DNA from: Anaerohalosphaeraceae bacterium
GTDB taxonomy: Bacteria; Planctomycetota; Phycisphaerae; Sedimentisphaerales; Anaerohalosphaeraceae
Reading direction: 5' to 3'
Assembly (NCBI GenBank): GCA_963675525.2
Contig: CAXXSL010000008.1
Span: forward strand, 128,001-192,000
DNA: 64,000 nucleotides
The position numbers were made by a program, and so were the translations under genes. Each line of letters begins with the position of its first letter. Within the stretch, counting starts at the first letter, position 1. Of this stretch, positions 21,069 to 31,610 are shown piece by piece. The notes under the pieces are model-generated. The model made no database searches and was not told where the DNA came from. It saw nothing but the letters and a program-made list of their open reading frames with translations.

Positions 21069-22256
21069 ATGAATACACAAGACGTACTTTCCATGTTTGA
21101 AAAATATGTTATCGCCAACTACGGGCGACTCCCCAAGGTCATTACCAAGGGCAAAAACAATACGTTCTGGGACCTGGAAAATAATGAGATTCTGGATATG
21201 TTTCCCGGCTGGGCTGTCAGCGGCATTGGTCACTGTCATCCCAAAGTTGTCCAGGCGATCCAAAAACAGGCGGCCGAACTGCTGCATATCGATAACACCT
21301 TTTACACGATCCAGCAGGGCCAACTGGCCAAAATGCTGAGCGAACGGGCATTTGGCGGTAAATGCTTTTTCTGCAACAGCGGTGCTGAAGCCAACGAAGC
21401 GGCGCTCAAACTGGCGCGCAAGCACACACCGCGGGAAAAATATAAGTTTATCACGGCGGAAAAAAGTTTCCACGGCCGAACATTCGCAACCGTCACCGCA
21501 ACAGGCCAGCCCAAGTACCACGAAGGCTTTCTGCCTCTGCCTGCGGGATTTGTCTATGTACCGTATAATGATATTGACGCCCTGCAGGAAGCGTTCGATG
21601 ACGAAGTCTGTGCGGTCATGATCGAGCCGATTCAAGGTGAAGGCGGTATCCATGAAGCCACGCATGAATATATGCAGACGATTCGAGACCTATGCGATGA
21701 GCATAGCGCATTAATGATCCTCGATGAAGTTCAGACTGGTATGGGACGGACCGGCCGATGGTTCGGCTATCAGCATTACGAAGTGGTGCCGGACATCATT
21801 ACAATGGCCAAGGCGCTGGGCGGCGGTGTCGCTATCGGCGCTATGATGGCACGGCCGGAAATCGCCAAGTCACTGGTGCCCGGAACACATGCCTCAACCT
21901 TTGGCGGAAATTCTCTGGCCTGCGCAGCAGGCATCGCTGTCATTGAGGCAATCGAAGAGGAAAAACTGCTCGAAAACGCCCGAACTGTGGGACAATATCT
22001 GCTTGAGAAGTTAGAGCAGCTTAAAAATAAATACCTGGTCATCGACCATATCCGGGGTAAGGGGCTGATGCTGGGCGTTCAGTTAACCATGCCGGGCGCT
22101 GCGATTGTCAGCCGATGCCTCGCCAAAGGACTGCGAATCAACTGCACTCAGGAAAGCGTTTTGCGAATCATGCCGTCGATGACGGTGACAAAAGACGAAA
22201 TTGACCGGGCTGTTGCGATCATGGATGAGGTCCTCCGGGAAGGAGAGACATCGTGA
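21069..22256 (+). CDS. argD: Acetylornithine aminotransferase
   Basis: NSGAEANE, FHGRT, EPIQGEGG, DEVQTGMGRTG, AKALGGG. Confidence 0.96.
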   Translation: MNTQDVLSMFEKYVIANYGRLPKVITKGKNNTFWDLENNEILDMFPGWAVSGIGHCHPKVVQAIQKQAAELLHIDNTFYTIQQGQLAKMLSERAFGGKCFFCNSGAEANEAALKLARKHTPREKYKFITAEKSFHGRTFATVTATGQPKYHEGFLPLPAGFVYVPYNDIDALQEAFDDEVCAVMIEPIQGEGGIHEATHEYMQTIRDLCDEHSALMILDEVQTGMGRTGRWFGYQHYEVVPDIITMAKALGGGVAIGAMMARPEIAKSLVPGTHASTFGGNSLACAAGIAVIEAIEEEKLLENARTVGQYLLEKLEQLKNKYLVIDHIRGKGLMLGVQLTMPGAAIVSRCLAKGLRINCTQESVLRIMPSMTVTKDEIDRAVAIMDEVLREGETS

Positions 22257-23164
22257 AAAGTTTTCTCTCGATCATCGACTGCTCCACCGAAGAACTCCAT
22301 GAATTGCTTGTGTTAACCGGTAAACTGAAAGCCCTGTACAAAAGCGGACAGCGGGATATCTGCCTGTCCGGCAAGGTGCTGGCAATGGTCTTTGAGAAGG
22401 CCAGTCTGCGAACACGCATCAGCTTTCAGGTCGCAATGCACGATCTCGGCGGAACCGCCATCTATATGAAACCCGAGGACATTGGGATCATCGGTCAGCG
22501 GGAACCGGCCAAAGATATGGCCCGGGTTTTCGCACGCTATGTGGATGGCATCATGGCACGAACCTTCTCGCACGAAACCATCGTCGAACTGGACCACTGG
22601 GCCAATGTACCGGTGATCAACGCACTCAGCGACTGGTCACACCCTTGTCAGGCGATGGCGGACCTGCAGACAATTCAGGAACACTGCGGTGACCTGAAAG
22701 GCTTGAAACTGGCTTATATCGGTGACGGCAACAATGTGGCCCGATCACTGGCATTTGCATGCGCCAAATTCGGCATGCAGTTCGCCTGTGCCTCGCCGGA
22801 AAGTTATCAGTTGGATGCCGACTCACTGAATACCGCCAATTCAATCTTTGCTGACTGTGCCGTCCTGACCAATGATCCGGTTCAGGCCGTCAAGGATGCA
22901 CAGGTCGTTTATACCGATACTTGGGTCAGCATGGGCCAGGAAGCGGAAAAATCGCAGCGCATCAAAGATTTTGAAGGATTTTCTGTAGACGAAGATTTGA
23001 TGGCAAACGCCCCGAAGGATGCCAAAGTGATGCACTGTCTGCCGGCTTATCGGGGGTATGAAATCTCTGACGGCATAATGGAATCAGAAAATTCCATCGT
23101 CTTCGATCAGGCGGAAAACCGGCTTCACTTCCAGCGGGCATTGTTAAAATACCTGATGAGCTAA
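22253..23164 (+). CDS. argF: Ornithine carbamoyltransferase
   Basis: SLRTR, HPCQ, WVSMG, HCLP, QAENR. Confidence 0.95.
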   Translation: MKSFLSIIDCSTEELHELLVLTGKLKALYKSGQRDICLSGKVLAMVFEKASLRTRISFQVAMHDLGGTAIYMKPEDIGIIGQREPAKDMARVFARYVDGIMARTFSHETIVELDHWANVPVINALSDWSHPCQAMADLQTIQEHCGDLKGLKLAYIGDGNNVARSLAFACAKFGMQFACASPESYQLDADSLNTANSIFADCAVLTNDPVQAVKDAQVVYTDTWVSMGQEAEKSQRIKDFEGFSVDEDLMANAPKDAKVMHCLPAYRGYEISDGIMESENSIVFDQAENRLHFQRALLKYLMS

Positions 23165-23186
23165 ATCCTTGCGAACTGAGGGCTAA

Positions 23187-23810
23187 ATGAAAATTCTCGT
23201 CGCAACCACGAATCCCGGAAAACTGCAGGAGTTAACCGAACTGCTCGGCGACGTTGCCGCAGATATCCAGTGGACCTGCCTGCGTGACTTCCCGAATATC
23301 TCAGAGGTCGAAGAGGACGGCGACACCTTCGCACATAATGCTCAGAAAAAAGCTCTCGGCTATGCCAAAGCAACGGGTTTGTGGACACTCGCCGATGACT
23401 CCGGACTTGTGATCGACGCCCTGAACGGTCGTCCCGGCGTACAGAGTGCCCGCTTTGCCAACGACGAATGCCAAAGTACGAACCGCAGAACTATTGATAT
23501 TGCGAATTACCAAAAGGCCCTTCGTCTATTAAAGAATGTGCCACGCTCAGAACGGACTGCCCGCTTTGTTTGTCACCTGTGCCTTGCGAATGATAAGGAA
23601 ATTTTACTTCAGGCTGAAGGCACCGTCGAAGGAGTCATTATAGACAACCCTGCCGGGGACAATGGTTTTGGATATGACCCGATCTTTTATGTCCCCGAAC
23701 TGAAAAAGACCGTCGCAGAATTGGGAAATCACCAAAAAAACGTGATCTCGCATCGCGGCAATGCGATTCGAAAGTTAAAACCTCCGTTGGAAAATCTGCT
23801 TAAAAAATAA
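23187..23810 (+). CDS. rdgB: dITP/XTP pyrophosphatase (HAM1 family)
   Basis: ATTNPGK, ADDSGL, GFGYDPIF, SHRG. Confidence 0.96.
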   Translation: MKILVATTNPGKLQELTELLGDVAADIQWTCLRDFPNISEVEEDGDTFAHNAQKKALGYAKATGLWTLADDSGLVIDALNGRPGVQSARFANDECQSTNRRTIDIANYQKALRLLKNVPRSERTARFVCHLCLANDKEILLQAEGTVEGVIIDNPAGDNGFGYDPIFYVPELKKTVAELGNHQKNVISHRGNAIRKLKPPLENLLKK

Positions 23811-23831
23811 TGCAGCCGATTACAGGCCTGC

Positions 23832-26081
23832 TTAGAATTTATAGACCATTGTGAACGCCACTGACGGTGCGTGCGAACGATACATCTCTCCATCATAGTT
23901 GCGCTTGTTGAAGTCTTTATTGAAAATCCCCAACAAATTCATCCCGTCAACACGGAACGTCAGGTCTTCATTGGGCTGATACTGCAAGCCTAAGTTCAGA
24001 TAGTAATTTCCGCGATAGGACCGATTCCAACCTCCCTTAATAAACGTATTACCATTCGCATCTCTTTGGTAATGGTCGTAGTCTTTCAGACCCGTAAATC
24101 CCCAGTAAACACGCATGGAACCATCCAGCGTCCAGCGATCATTCAATTTATGCTCGGCCGTAACTTTCGTAATATGATTCGACCAGCGGGCAAAATCATT
24201 ACCAACACCATTCCCCATCGACGTGACAATTGTACTCTTACCCGGTTGAAGACTGAAATCATACAACTTTGAATAGGAGTGTGAAATCCCGAACCGAGTG
24301 TTTTCCGTATGATAGTAGCCCTCCAGTTCAAATCCCCAATCACGCTGTACCCCCACCGGAACGGGTGCGCTGTCGGCTCCGGAAAAGGTGATTAGATCCA
24401 AATTATAATGGACATAAACAGATGCCGCTAAGTCTAAAGCATCACTCTGCTCACGTTCATAACGTAATTCAACGCTATCAAGTTTTTCGGGATCTCCATC
24501 AGGTTTACCGCTTAATGCGCCGATTCGCATTTCCTCTTCGAAGTTCGCCCTCACCGAACGAGCCCACATGAGTTTATAGACATCTTTTTCATTCGGTGCA
24601 AACACCAGAGAAGCACGCGGCGAGAACATTCTTTCGCTGTACGTATGATCATCAATTCTGGCGCCCAAAAAGGATGTCCACTGGTCATTGATGTTCCATT
24701 GGTACTCGCCCAATATCGAATACATATTACTCGACCATCGTTCTAAGGAGACGCCAGCGGCAGATATAGCACTGTTAACAAATCCGTCATTGGGCCACCC
24801 GAGACCATTCATACCTAATTCATGATGAGAAACTTCAACACCCATGGCAATTTTATGCTGCTTATTAAAATCATGCCTCAGCATCGCTTTGCCGTAGTAT
24901 TCATCCTCTCGGTATGAATCCACGACCCCATTGTCAATAAACCGCTCGTAATCCATCATGTCGTAACTAAATGCATATTCAACCGATGTTTTCTCGCTGA
25001 GTTCTTCTTCGTATCCGATATAGCCGGTGAGCTGTTGATAGCCGTAGCCGTTGGGCTGAAGCGGTATGAGACTCGATGAGCCCCAGTCCCATAAATGTTC
25101 CGCCCAGCCTGTGGGATCGCGGGCAATATAGCCCTTATACCATGCAAACTGCTTGCCCCCTCGCGTATAGCGAGCCCAGAGGTCCCAGTTGCCTTTCGTC
25201 ATCTGAGCATACAGCTTTATCGGGGGCAGATTTCTGTGAGCCTCGCCATCGTTATAGACCGACACGCCGGTCAGCGCATCGCCGGCTTGATAACCATCAG
25301 CCGGGAACGGCCCGGGCCCAGCTCCCCAGGCCGGATCCCACCAACCCGTTGTGCTTGGAAAATCACCTGCTAAAATGATGGGCGCAGATTTCTCGCCAGC
25401 CCCCCGATATCGTCCGATTCCCGCATACAAAAAGAGGCCGCCGTCATCGTCATAAAATTTTCGTCCATGTTTGATTTCCGTTGAGTAGAATTCTTCAACC
25501 GCTCCGGCACGTGTGGTTATTTCCGTTCCCTGGAAAGTTTCAGCGCTGTGTGTGACAATGTTAATAACCATCGAAACAGCACCCGGCCCGTAAAGTGCCG
25601 ATCCCGGGCCGCGTATGACATCGATATGATGAATATCCCGCATCATCGACAAGTCTTTCTCACTGATCACCCCATAATGCGTCCGGTCATTCATCACACG
25701 ACCATTGACCAGCAGCAGATACTTGTCGTCACGGTCATTCATAATACCGCGAAGACCCATATTATCCGGTTCCCAAAGATTGTGAATCCACTGCAAATTG
25801 GGCACATAAATATCCAGCAGTTCAAACAAACTCCGGGCGCCCGATGCCTGGATATCTTTTTCTGTAATCGTCGTCACTGCAGCCGGGACCAACCGCGGGT
25901 CTGCGTCTGTCAGAGTGGCCGTCGAAGCAATTTCAATATTCATCAATTGCTCCATAGACATATCAAACAAATCTTCCGGCTCAAGGACTTCTGCCGCCTG
26001 AGCAGAGAAAACCAATACGAAAAGAAGCAATCCGAATTTAATCGCAATTCCAATTCCACAATTTAACTTTGGTTTTTTCAT
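23832..26081 (-). CDS. TonB-dependent receptor 1
   Basis: Signal peptide, MSMEQLMNIEI box, plug motif IDVIRGPGSALYG, C-terminal YKF. Confidence 0.93.
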   Translation of the reverse strand: MKKPKLNCGIGIAIKFGLLLFVLVFSAQAAEVLEPEDLFDMSMEQLMNIEIASTATLTDADPRLVPAAVTTITEKDIQASGARSLFELLDIYVPNLQWIHNLWEPDNMGLRGIMNDRDDKYLLLVNGRVMNDRTHYGVISEKDLSMMRDIHHIDVIRGPGSALYGPGAVSMVINIVTHSAETFQGTEITTRAGAVEEFYSTEIKHGRKFYDDDGGLFLYAGIGRYRGAGEKSAPIILAGDFPSTTGWWDPAWGAGPGPFPADGYQAGDALTGVSVYNDGEAHRNLPPIKLYAQMTKGNWDLWARYTRGGKQFAWYKGYIARDPTGWAEHLWDWGSSSLIPLQPNGYGYQQLTGYIGYEEELSEKTSVEYAFSYDMMDYERFIDNGVVDSYREDEYYGKAMLRHDFNKQHKIAMGVEVSHHELGMNGLGWPNDGFVNSAISAAGVSLERWSSNMYSILGEYQWNINDQWTSFLGARIDDHTYSERMFSPRASLVFAPNEKDVYKLMWARSVRANFEEEMRIGALSGKPDGDPEKLDSVELRYEREQSDALDLAASVYVHYNLDLITFSGADSAPVPVGVQRDWGFELEGYYHTENTRFGISHSYSKLYDFSLQPGKSTIVTSMGNGVGNDFARWSNHITKVTAEHKLNDRWTLDGSMRVYWGFTGLKDYDHYQRDANGNTFIKGGWNRSYRGNYYLNLGLQYQPNEDLTFRVDGMNLLGIFNKDFNKRNYDGEMYRSHAPSVAFTMVYKF

Positions 26082-26368
26082 AACTTATACCTTTGCTGCT
26101 TAACAACCAAAAACAATCTTGAAATTCAAGACCTTTGCTTGCCACATAAAAGTACTCCTTTTTAATAAAGAAAACCGTTAACTCATCGTCTAACAAATAA
26201 GCTGACTAAAGCAGCAATAAGTGTAAAATAAGAAAAATAATCATAAGCCCTTTTAAATAAGAATCTTATGGGGGAAGATGCAATTAAAATGTATCCGAAA
26301 TATTGGATTTATTCGGACCTTTAAGAGAGAGTTTCTACATAACACTCTTTTTCTCCAGTATCCGGAGA

Positions 26369-26558
26369 AATTGAAATTTACTTGACATCCAATATGATGG
26401 TTTGTTATCTATCTTCTATTCCGATATAGAAATTGGTCAAAATAGAGTTGTTTCGACCTTAATTGTAATTATTTATCTGTTATATATTTGGTGCTCATCT
26501 TATGGCAAAATCGGCAAGTAAATCACTGGTGATTGTCGAATCACCCGCGAAAGCAAAA
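26369..26558 (+). repeat. Copy A of the topA promoter and 5' end (copy B at 29083-29272)
   Basis: First 53 nt are 51/53 identical to 29083-29135; similarity continues through the start codon to codon 19. Confidence 0.95.
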
Positions 26559-26594
26559 CCCCTTTTAAAAAACTTTTTGAAAACCCAATCGTGA
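26502..26594 (+). pseudogene. topA: Orphan topA 5' fragment: MAKSASKSLVIVESPAKAK plus 11 unrelated codons
   Basis: TOPRIM start motif LVIVESPAKAK identical to intact TopA; homology stops abruptly, TGA at 26592. Confidence 0.9.
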
Positions 26595-26602
26595 TGTATC
26601 AT

Positions 26603-28849
26603 TTAAAACTTATAGGAAAGTGTAAATGCCAGCGATGGGGCGCTTGAACGATAATCACCGTAAGAATTAAATCCGTACAACGTCTTATTGTACTTCTTGT
26701 TGAAAAGCCCCATCAAATCATACGCATCGAGACGTATTGTCATATTTTTATTCGGCTGATACTGCAATCCCATACTTAGAAAAACACTGGGACCGTACGG
26801 CTTATCATAGCCGGAATCTCTTGAAACCGGGCTGCTCTTATCCGTCACATATTGAGCGTAATCCTTAGCCCCCGGAAATCCCCAGTAAATCTGGGCATTG
26901 CCGTCAAGTTTCCATTTGTTGCCAAATTTATAGCTGGTAACAATCTTGGAAATATGATTGCTCCAGTTGGCTAAATCATCCCCATATCCAAAAGGTTCAG
27001 CAGAATAGTTGTTAACAACGCCTTCGCTATTATAAAAGTTCAACAATTTTGTATATCCGTGTGACAAGGATAGTTTAAAATCATTTTTTTGATAGAGTAT
27101 TTCTGCTTCGATCCCAAAACATTGATAATCCCCGATACTCGTCGTCCCCCCATATGCATCCTCCGAATAACTGATTCCGGAATCCCATGCGATAACATCC
27201 AAATCAAAATAATAGCCGCTGACCGCAAACCAGAGATTTGGCGAGTGTTGGCGTTCATAGCGAATTTCAACAGTATCCATTTCTTCAGAATCGCTTTTCT
27301 TGTTGCTCAAATCCCATTTGTACCTCATTTGTTCTGCAAACGTCATCCGCTGTGACCGTCCGAGCATCAACTTCCATGTATCCTTATCATTCGGAGCATG
27401 GACCAGAGAAAACCGCGGCGAAAACAAATAATCTGTCGTTTCGGTTTTATCCATTCGCACACCAAAAAAAGCAACCCACTGGTCATTAAATCGCCATTGA
27501 TCTTCCACAACCCCGGAATATGTGTTCGATGACCAACTGGGTGAGTTCCCGTTATACGGCGCTCTTTCATAAGGAGCCAATAAAACATCGTCCCCCGGGA
27601 ATCCGGGACTGTCCAACCCAAATCGCTCATGTGACCATTCGCCTCCAAACGCAAGCGAATGCTTTTCACTGAGTTCCCAATTTGCCAGAAGTTTAAAAAG
27701 ATACTCATCTTCACGATGGCTCAAATTCCATCTCGTATTCGTTTCACTATTGAAGGAGGCCCGCTCAAAATCAAACATATCATAACTAAGAGTATAATGG
27801 ATTGTTAAATCACTTGAAATCTCCTGTTTGTATCCGGCGGACATTGTTAACTGCTGATAACCACTACCGGGCTGATAAAGATCGCTATGGCTCGGATAGG
27901 TGTCAAGAGCATCCGCAGACATCCAACCATACGGAGTGCTGGCCAGGTTGTCCTGGGCATAGGTAAACTGCTCTCCGCCGCGGGTATAGCGTGTCCAGAA
28001 TTCAAACGGGCCATCGGTGTATTCAATATGAAACTTGATACGTTCCAGACCTCGATACGACGCATTATAACGATTAATCTGATAGTCAACACCTTCACCA
28101 CTGGTCACCGGAGTACCCCAAAGATCCGTAAAAGAAGCGCCTAATACAAAAGGTGCATCTCCTTGATCCGCCCCCAGATACTTATCAATCCCAAAATAGG
28201 CAAAGATACCCTTCTCGTCATCAAGTTTTTTTCCATATTTTATTTCTTGAGAATAGAATTCTTCAACAGCACCCATACGCGATGTAAATTCAAGCCCTTC
28301 AAACGTCATCGCATTGTCTGTAACAATATTGATAATCATGGATAGTGCGCCGGCGCCGTAAATGGCCGAACCGGGACCGCGAATCACATCAATATGATGG
28401 ATATCGCCCAGCATGGAAAGGTCGCGTTCACTGAGAACGCCATAGTGGGTTCGCTCATTCATCACCCTGCCGTTCACCAAAAGAAGATACTTCTCTTCGC
28501 GGTCACCGTTAATACCGCGTACGCCTAAATGTCTCGATTCCCAGTGATGCAGAATCATCTGAAGGTTCGGAACATAAATCTCCAGAAGTTTATTCAGACT
28601 GCGAGCACCACTGGCCTGAATATCTTCCCGGGTAATTGTTGTTACAGCAGAAGGTTGCAGACGGCGTGTTGTTCTGGTTAAGGAAGCCGTCGGTTCGATT
28701 TCAACATTCATTAACTCTTCCAGAGACATTTCAAACAAATCTCTTTTTTCTGTCAATTCAGCATAAACAGGTAACACTGCCGTCAAGAAGACAAGGAAGC
28801 ACAGTAATATCTCCAATACACATGCGTTTTTAAAGTTTTTATTAGGCAT
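26603..28849 (-). CDS. TonB-dependent receptor 2 (paralog of receptor 1)
   Basis: MSLEELMNVEI, IDVIRGPGSAIYG, C-terminal YKF; colinear with receptor 1. Confidence 0.93.
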   Translation of the reverse strand: MPNKNFKNACVLEILLCFLVFLTAVLPVYAELTEKRDLFEMSLEELMNVEIEPTASLTRTTRRLQPSAVTTITREDIQASGARSLNKLLEIYVPNLQMILHHWESRHLGVRGINGDREEKYLLLVNGRVMNERTHYGVLSERDLSMLGDIHHIDVIRGPGSAIYGAGALSMIINIVTDNAMTFEGLEFTSRMGAVEEFYSQEIKYGKKLDDEKGIFAYFGIDKYLGADQGDAPFVLGASFTDLWGTPVTSGEGVDYQINRYNASYRGLERIKFHIEYTDGPFEFWTRYTRGGEQFTYAQDNLASTPYGWMSADALDTYPSHSDLYQPGSGYQQLTMSAGYKQEISSDLTIHYTLSYDMFDFERASFNSETNTRWNLSHREDEYLFKLLANWELSEKHSLAFGGEWSHERFGLDSPGFPGDDVLLAPYERAPYNGNSPSWSSNTYSGVVEDQWRFNDQWVAFFGVRMDKTETTDYLFSPRFSLVHAPNDKDTWKLMLGRSQRMTFAEQMRYKWDLSNKKSDSEEMDTVEIRYERQHSPNLWFAVSGYYFDLDVIAWDSGISYSEDAYGGTTSIGDYQCFGIEAEILYQKNDFKLSLSHGYTKLLNFYNSEGVVNNYSAEPFGYGDDLANWSNHISKIVTSYKFGNKWKLDGNAQIYWGFPGAKDYAQYVTDKSSPVSRDSGYDKPYGPSVFLSMGLQYQPNKNMTIRLDAYDLMGLFNKKYNKTLYGFNSYGDYRSSAPSLAFTLSYKF

Positions 28850-29082
28850 TTTTCTCTATTTATCAAAACGGACACGACAGGTAATTTTACTGACAGGTTA
28901 CTCTTCGGCTAAATTCATCCGTCACTTATTGAAATTATATTAAGTCTCATAAAAACAGGTTCTTACCAAATCACTCTGATTCTTCGTAAATTATTCCAGA
29001 TTCGATGCTTTTTTATCAAGCCCTAGTTAGAACTTATCTGAAATGATACTTAGGATATATTATTTGGGTAGAGTTAATGATT

Positions 29083-29135
29083 AATTGAAATTTACTTGAC
29101 ATCTAATATGATGGTTTGTTATCTATCGTCTATTC
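29083..29135 (+). promoter_or_regulatory. topA promoter region
   Basis: TTGAAA-N16-TATGAT plus an overlapping TTGACA; conserved in the duplicate. Confidence 0.6.
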
Positions 29136-29212
29136 AGTAATGGAAATCAGGCAAAATAGAGGCATTATTGCTCTTAATTGAAATCGTTCATCTTTATATT
29201 GGTACATAACTT

Positions 29213-31606
29213 ATGGCAAAATCGAGCAACGGCAAATCATTGGTGATCGTTGAATCGCCCGCAAAAGCAAAAACGATCAACAAATATCTCGGCGGCGACT
29301 TCGAGGTTTCTGCTTCGATGGGGCACATTCGCGATCTGCCTTCTAAGGGGATGAATGTCGACATCGAAAATAATTTCGAGCCGACCTATGAGATCACGCC
29401 GGGGCGAAAAAAAATGGTAAACTCGCTCAAATCCACCGCCAAAAAATGCGCCAATGTTTACCTGGCAACTGACTTGGACCGTGAGGGAGAGGCCATCGCC
29501 TGGCATCTCAAAGAGGCGCTGGGACTGGATGATGATAATACTTACCGCGTCGTTTTTAACGCCATTACCAAAGACGCCATCAAAAAAGCGTTCGCAAATC
29601 CCGGAAAAATCAACATGGACCGCGTGATGGCCCAGCAGGCCCGACGGATACTCGACCGCATCGTCGGCTATCAAATCAGCCCTGTCTTGTGGAAGAAGGT
29701 AGCCCGCGGACTCAGTGCCGGACGGGTGCAGTCGGTCGCCGTCAAGATCATTGTCGAACGCGAACGCGAAATCCGTGCTTTTGATCCGCAGGAATACTGG
29801 CTGATGCCCGCCGTTTTCACCAATGATCTCAACGCAAACCTAACCGCTGCCTGGCAGGCGTTCCTGAACACCAACAACGATAAAGAACCCACACTCGCCG
29901 AGCAAAACAAATGGCTTGCCGACCGCAAGGCCTTTAAGGCGGAGTTGGTTAAGATCAATGGCGAAAAGTTCCATACAGATAACGAACTACAGGCCAAAGG
30001 GATTCTGGCTTCCTTGAAGGATGCCGGCTACGCGATCACGGATATCGTCACTCGACGTGTCCAATCCAAACCTGCCCCTCCGTTCATCACCTCGACCCTG
30101 CAACAAGCCGCGGCCAACCGTATGGGGTTTGCCGCCAAACGCACCATGCGAGTTGCGCAACAGCTCTATGAAGGTATTGACCTGGGATCCATGGGTTCTC
30201 TGGGACTGATCACCTACATGCGTACCGACAGCACACATTTATCCACAGAAGCACTGAATGCAGCGCGTCATTATATCGAAACGCAGATCGGGAAAGAATA
30301 CATACCCGAAAAACCGAATTTCTACGCTTCAAAAAAAGGCGCTCAGGAAGCCCATGAAGCCATTCGTCCGACGGACCCTGATCTGGACCCCGATGACATC
30401 AAACCGTTCCTGAATGATGAGCAGTTTAAGCTGTATGATCTGATTTGGCGACGGTTCATTGCCTGCCAGATGGCCCCGGCACAATGGGACACAACACGCA
30501 TCGAGATTGCCGGTACACATAATGATTTCACTTGTCAATATCGGGCCAACGGACGTGTTCTCGTATTTGATGGCTTCACGAAAGTATGGTTTACCTCAAC
30601 GGAAGACCCGCAGTTACCCGCCGTTGGAACCGGTGACGCACTGGCAACGGTTTCTGTCGATGCCATTCAGCACTTTACCAAGCCGCCCGCCCGCTATACG
30701 GAAGCATCGCTGGTCAAGGAGTTGGAAAAAGAAGGAATCGGCCGCCCCAGTACGTATGCATCGATCATTTCTACAATCCAGGATCGAAAATATGTCGAAA
30801 AGCTCGAGCGTACATTCAGCGCAACCGACCTTGGAGAGGTTGTTACCGACAAGCTCGAAGAATGTTTCCCGCGAGTGATGGATATCGCCTTTACACGTCA
30901 CATGGAAGAACAACTCGACAAGATCGAGGAACAGCATCTCAACTGGATCGATGTTTTGAATGAGTTTTACGGCCCCTTTCAGGAAAATCTTGAAAAGGCC
31001 GCAAACATGAAACACGCCAAGGCCGAAACACAACCGAGTGACTATACCTGCCCGGAATGCCGAAAACCGATGGTTTATCGATTTGGGAAAAACGGGCGAT
31101 TCCTGAGTTGCTCGGATTACCCGACCTGTAAATACGCCTGCCCCTGCGACCGTGAGGGTAAAATAATGGAACAGGTGGAGAGCCAACATAAATGCCCGAA
31201 CTGCGAGAAGCCGCTGATCGAAAAAACCGGACGTTTCGGGCCGTTTTTGGGTTGCTCGGATTATCCGAATTGCAAAACGATCCTGAAAATGGACAAGGAA
31301 GGAAACCCCCTGCCGCCGTCGCCGCCGCCGGAACCAACAGGCGTTCACTGTTATAAATGCAAAGACGGCCAGCTGGTCATCCGTCAAAGTAAGCGCGGAC
31401 CGTTTATGGGCTGCAATCGATTCCCTCGCTGCCGAACGATCGTCAGCATGAAGAAGCTGGATGAGCTCAAGGAACTGCAAGCCGCCGGCAAATGGCCGCC
31501 CGCTGATATCGACAAGGCGAAAGAAATCGTTTCCGTTGCAAAAGAAAAACCCAAAAAAGTCACCAAGAAAAAAGCGACCAAAAAGAAAAGTGAAAAAACG
31601 AGTTGA
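29213..31606 (+). CDS. topA: DNA topoisomerase I (type IA) with three Zn ribbons and a Lys-rich tail
   Basis: IVESPAK, ATDLDREGE, SAGRVQS, ITYMRTD, AHEAIRPT, GIGRPSTYA. Confidence 0.98.
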   Translation: MAKSSNGKSLVIVESPAKAKTINKYLGGDFEVSASMGHIRDLPSKGMNVDIENNFEPTYEITPGRKKMVNSLKSTAKKCANVYLATDLDREGEAIAWHLKEALGLDDDNTYRVVFNAITKDAIKKAFANPGKINMDRVMAQQARRILDRIVGYQISPVLWKKVARGLSAGRVQSVAVKIIVEREREIRAFDPQEYWLMPAVFTNDLNANLTAAWQAFLNTNNDKEPTLAEQNKWLADRKAFKAELVKINGEKFHTDNELQAKGILASLKDAGYAITDIVTRRVQSKPAPPFITSTLQQAAANRMGFAAKRTMRVAQQLYEGIDLGSMGSLGLITYMRTDSTHLSTEALNAARHYIETQIGKEYIPEKPNFYASKKGAQEAHEAIRPTDPDLDPDDIKPFLNDEQFKLYDLIWRRFIACQMAPAQWDTTRIEIAGTHNDFTCQYRANGRVLVFDGFTKVWFTSTEDPQLPAVGTGDALATVSVDAIQHFTKPPARYTEASLVKELEKEGIGRPSTYASIISTIQDRKYVEKLERTFSATDLGEVVTDKLEECFPRVMDIAFTRHMEEQLDKIEEQHLNWIDVLNEFYGPFQENLEKAANMKHAKAETQPSDYTCPECRKPMVYRFGKNGRFLSCSDYPTCKYACPCDREGKIMEQVESQHKCPNCEKPLIEKTGRFGPFLGCSDYPNCKTILKMDKEGNPLPPSPPPEPTGVHCYKCKDGQLVIRQSKRGPFMGCNRFPRCRTIVSMKKLDELKELQAAGKWPPADIDKAKEIVSVAKEKPKKVTKKKATKKKSEKTS

Positions 31607-31610
31607 AGTC

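Noticed and set aside
22253..23164. SLRT motif suggesting N-acetylornithine transcarbamylase
   Set aside because: SMG and HCLP ornithine-site motifs indicate an ordinary OTCase
31461..31610. N-terminal extension of groES in the ORF track
   Set aside because: Overlaps the topA 3' end; ATG 31611 gives a normal-sized GroES
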